Of a stretch of DNA of 64,000 nt, positions 62,992 to 64,000 are shown in pieces (the stretch's first letter is position 1; every line of letters starts with the position of its first letter). A model generated the notes under the pieces. The model made no database searches. It had not been told where the DNA came from and saw nothing but the letters and a program-made list of their open reading frames with translations. Source of the DNA: Squalus acanthias. Lineage: Eukaryota. The stretch lies in the NCBI GenBank assembly GCA_030390025.1, contig CM059453.1, positions 6,200,001 through 6,264,000 on the forward strand, in the 5' to 3' direction. A program made the position numbers and the translations under genes.

Positions 62992-64000
62992 GTCCCCCCA
63001 TCGATACTTTGAGTTCACTACAGTATCGTCCTGGGTGGACAGAATTCCAGATCCCCGAAATCCAACCTTCCCATGTATTACCTATACTAAAATCCCAAAC
63101 ATACATTCCCCTTGAAATGTGGTGTTTCAGGTACATACAGGTCAGAATCAATAATACATACACATCCAATCACAGAGGAGGTCCAACACCCCTACACCAC
63201 TTGGAAAACTATAATACATACATAGTAAAATAATACACGATCACAAACTGTATTTATTTTAATAAAAACAAATTAAGGTTTGCCCTAAACCTGGCCATAG
63301 GCTTTATTGGAATGCTGGTCCCATGCTTTCTCATGTCGGGACCGGAGCATTCTGCCCTTTGACTGCCGATTTCTTTGCAGTAGGGACACACAAAACTGAC
63401 AGCCATGTCCCGAGAAGGTTCTTTGGCTGGACAGGTGATCGATTCTCGAGAAACTTTCAAAATTACTCACTAAAATCCTTAATTCTTAAAAATTATAAAA
63501 CTACCAAACTGTAAAACACTAAAATACATTAAAACTCTGTACATTCGCCGCCCGTCTCCCAGCGGCCAGACTAAACCCTGTTCGGGGTCTGCCTTTTGCT
63601 GCTTCTGAGCAGCCGGTAAGGTAGCCTGTCCCGCAGGATCCTGAGAGTCCTTCTACTACAGCACACTGCCTCCTTTGGTGTGGCTTCTTCTGAGACCCTG
63701 TCCTGTCCTGCGGGTTCCTCGCAGCCTGAGACCGCAGGCTGGGGACCCTTCTTGTGTTCTTGGCTCACAGCTGCCTCTGTGAGATCCTCTCTGCAGGAGG
63801 CTGTAGGCTGAGGAACCTTGTCCTCAGAATGATCCCTGACCTTGGGCGTTTATTTGCGGGTGACAACCCTTTTGGGTGGGACCCTTTAAACTGGTACACT
63901 GGAGACCAGGATGGTTTAGGCTTTGGTGTGCGGGGAGACCTTCTTAGGGCTCTGGCCACTGGGGGAGTGCCTGAGTCCCACATGATTGATGGCGTATACC
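61639..64000 (-). mobile_element. Ty3/Gypsy-like LTR retrotransposon 3' end (runs off the window)
   Basis: LTR and PPT as above; upstream low-complexity pol-tail motifs LRRSPRTPKPKP and SRRTLRILRDRLPY. Confidence 0.65.

Overview
Eukaryotic (vertebrate) genomic DNA. The repeat content (CR1-type LINEs with SGNH ORF1, Penelope-like fragments, Deu-type and tRNA-type SINEs, minisatellites) points to a cartilaginous fish; this is an inference. The window holds a cluster of Siglec-like Ig-superfamily receptor genes that the ORF track shows only in fragments. I reconstructed two complete 8-exon minus-strand genes by hand, with canonical GT-AG sites and consistent phases. Gene A (33843->16238, 543 aa) has a signal peptide, V-set, three C2-type Ig domains, an uncharged TM and a tail with two ITIMs (VIYSTV, IVYATV) plus a distal Tyr motif (TCEYAAM). 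Gene B (54503->39597, 500 aa) has a very similar ectodomain (V exon ~96% nt identical) but an Arg inside the TM (IIRGG), and every inhibitory Tyr motif is broken by a 9-nt deletion, a net 17-nt frameshift, Tyr->TAG and a LINE inserted at the old stop. This layout matches an inhibitory/activating paired-receptor couple like human Siglec-5/14, including a 5'-similar, 3'-diverged identity gradient. Both V domains lack the essential sialic-acid-binding Arg (YQFI instead of YxFR). Also present: an inverted plus-strand pseudogene paralog (616-2472), a decayed third minus-strand remnant (58634-60330), a convergent pair of CTCF-like motifs bracketing A and B, many LINE/SINE/MITE fragments, a 188-N gap and the 3' LTR end of a Gypsy-like element.
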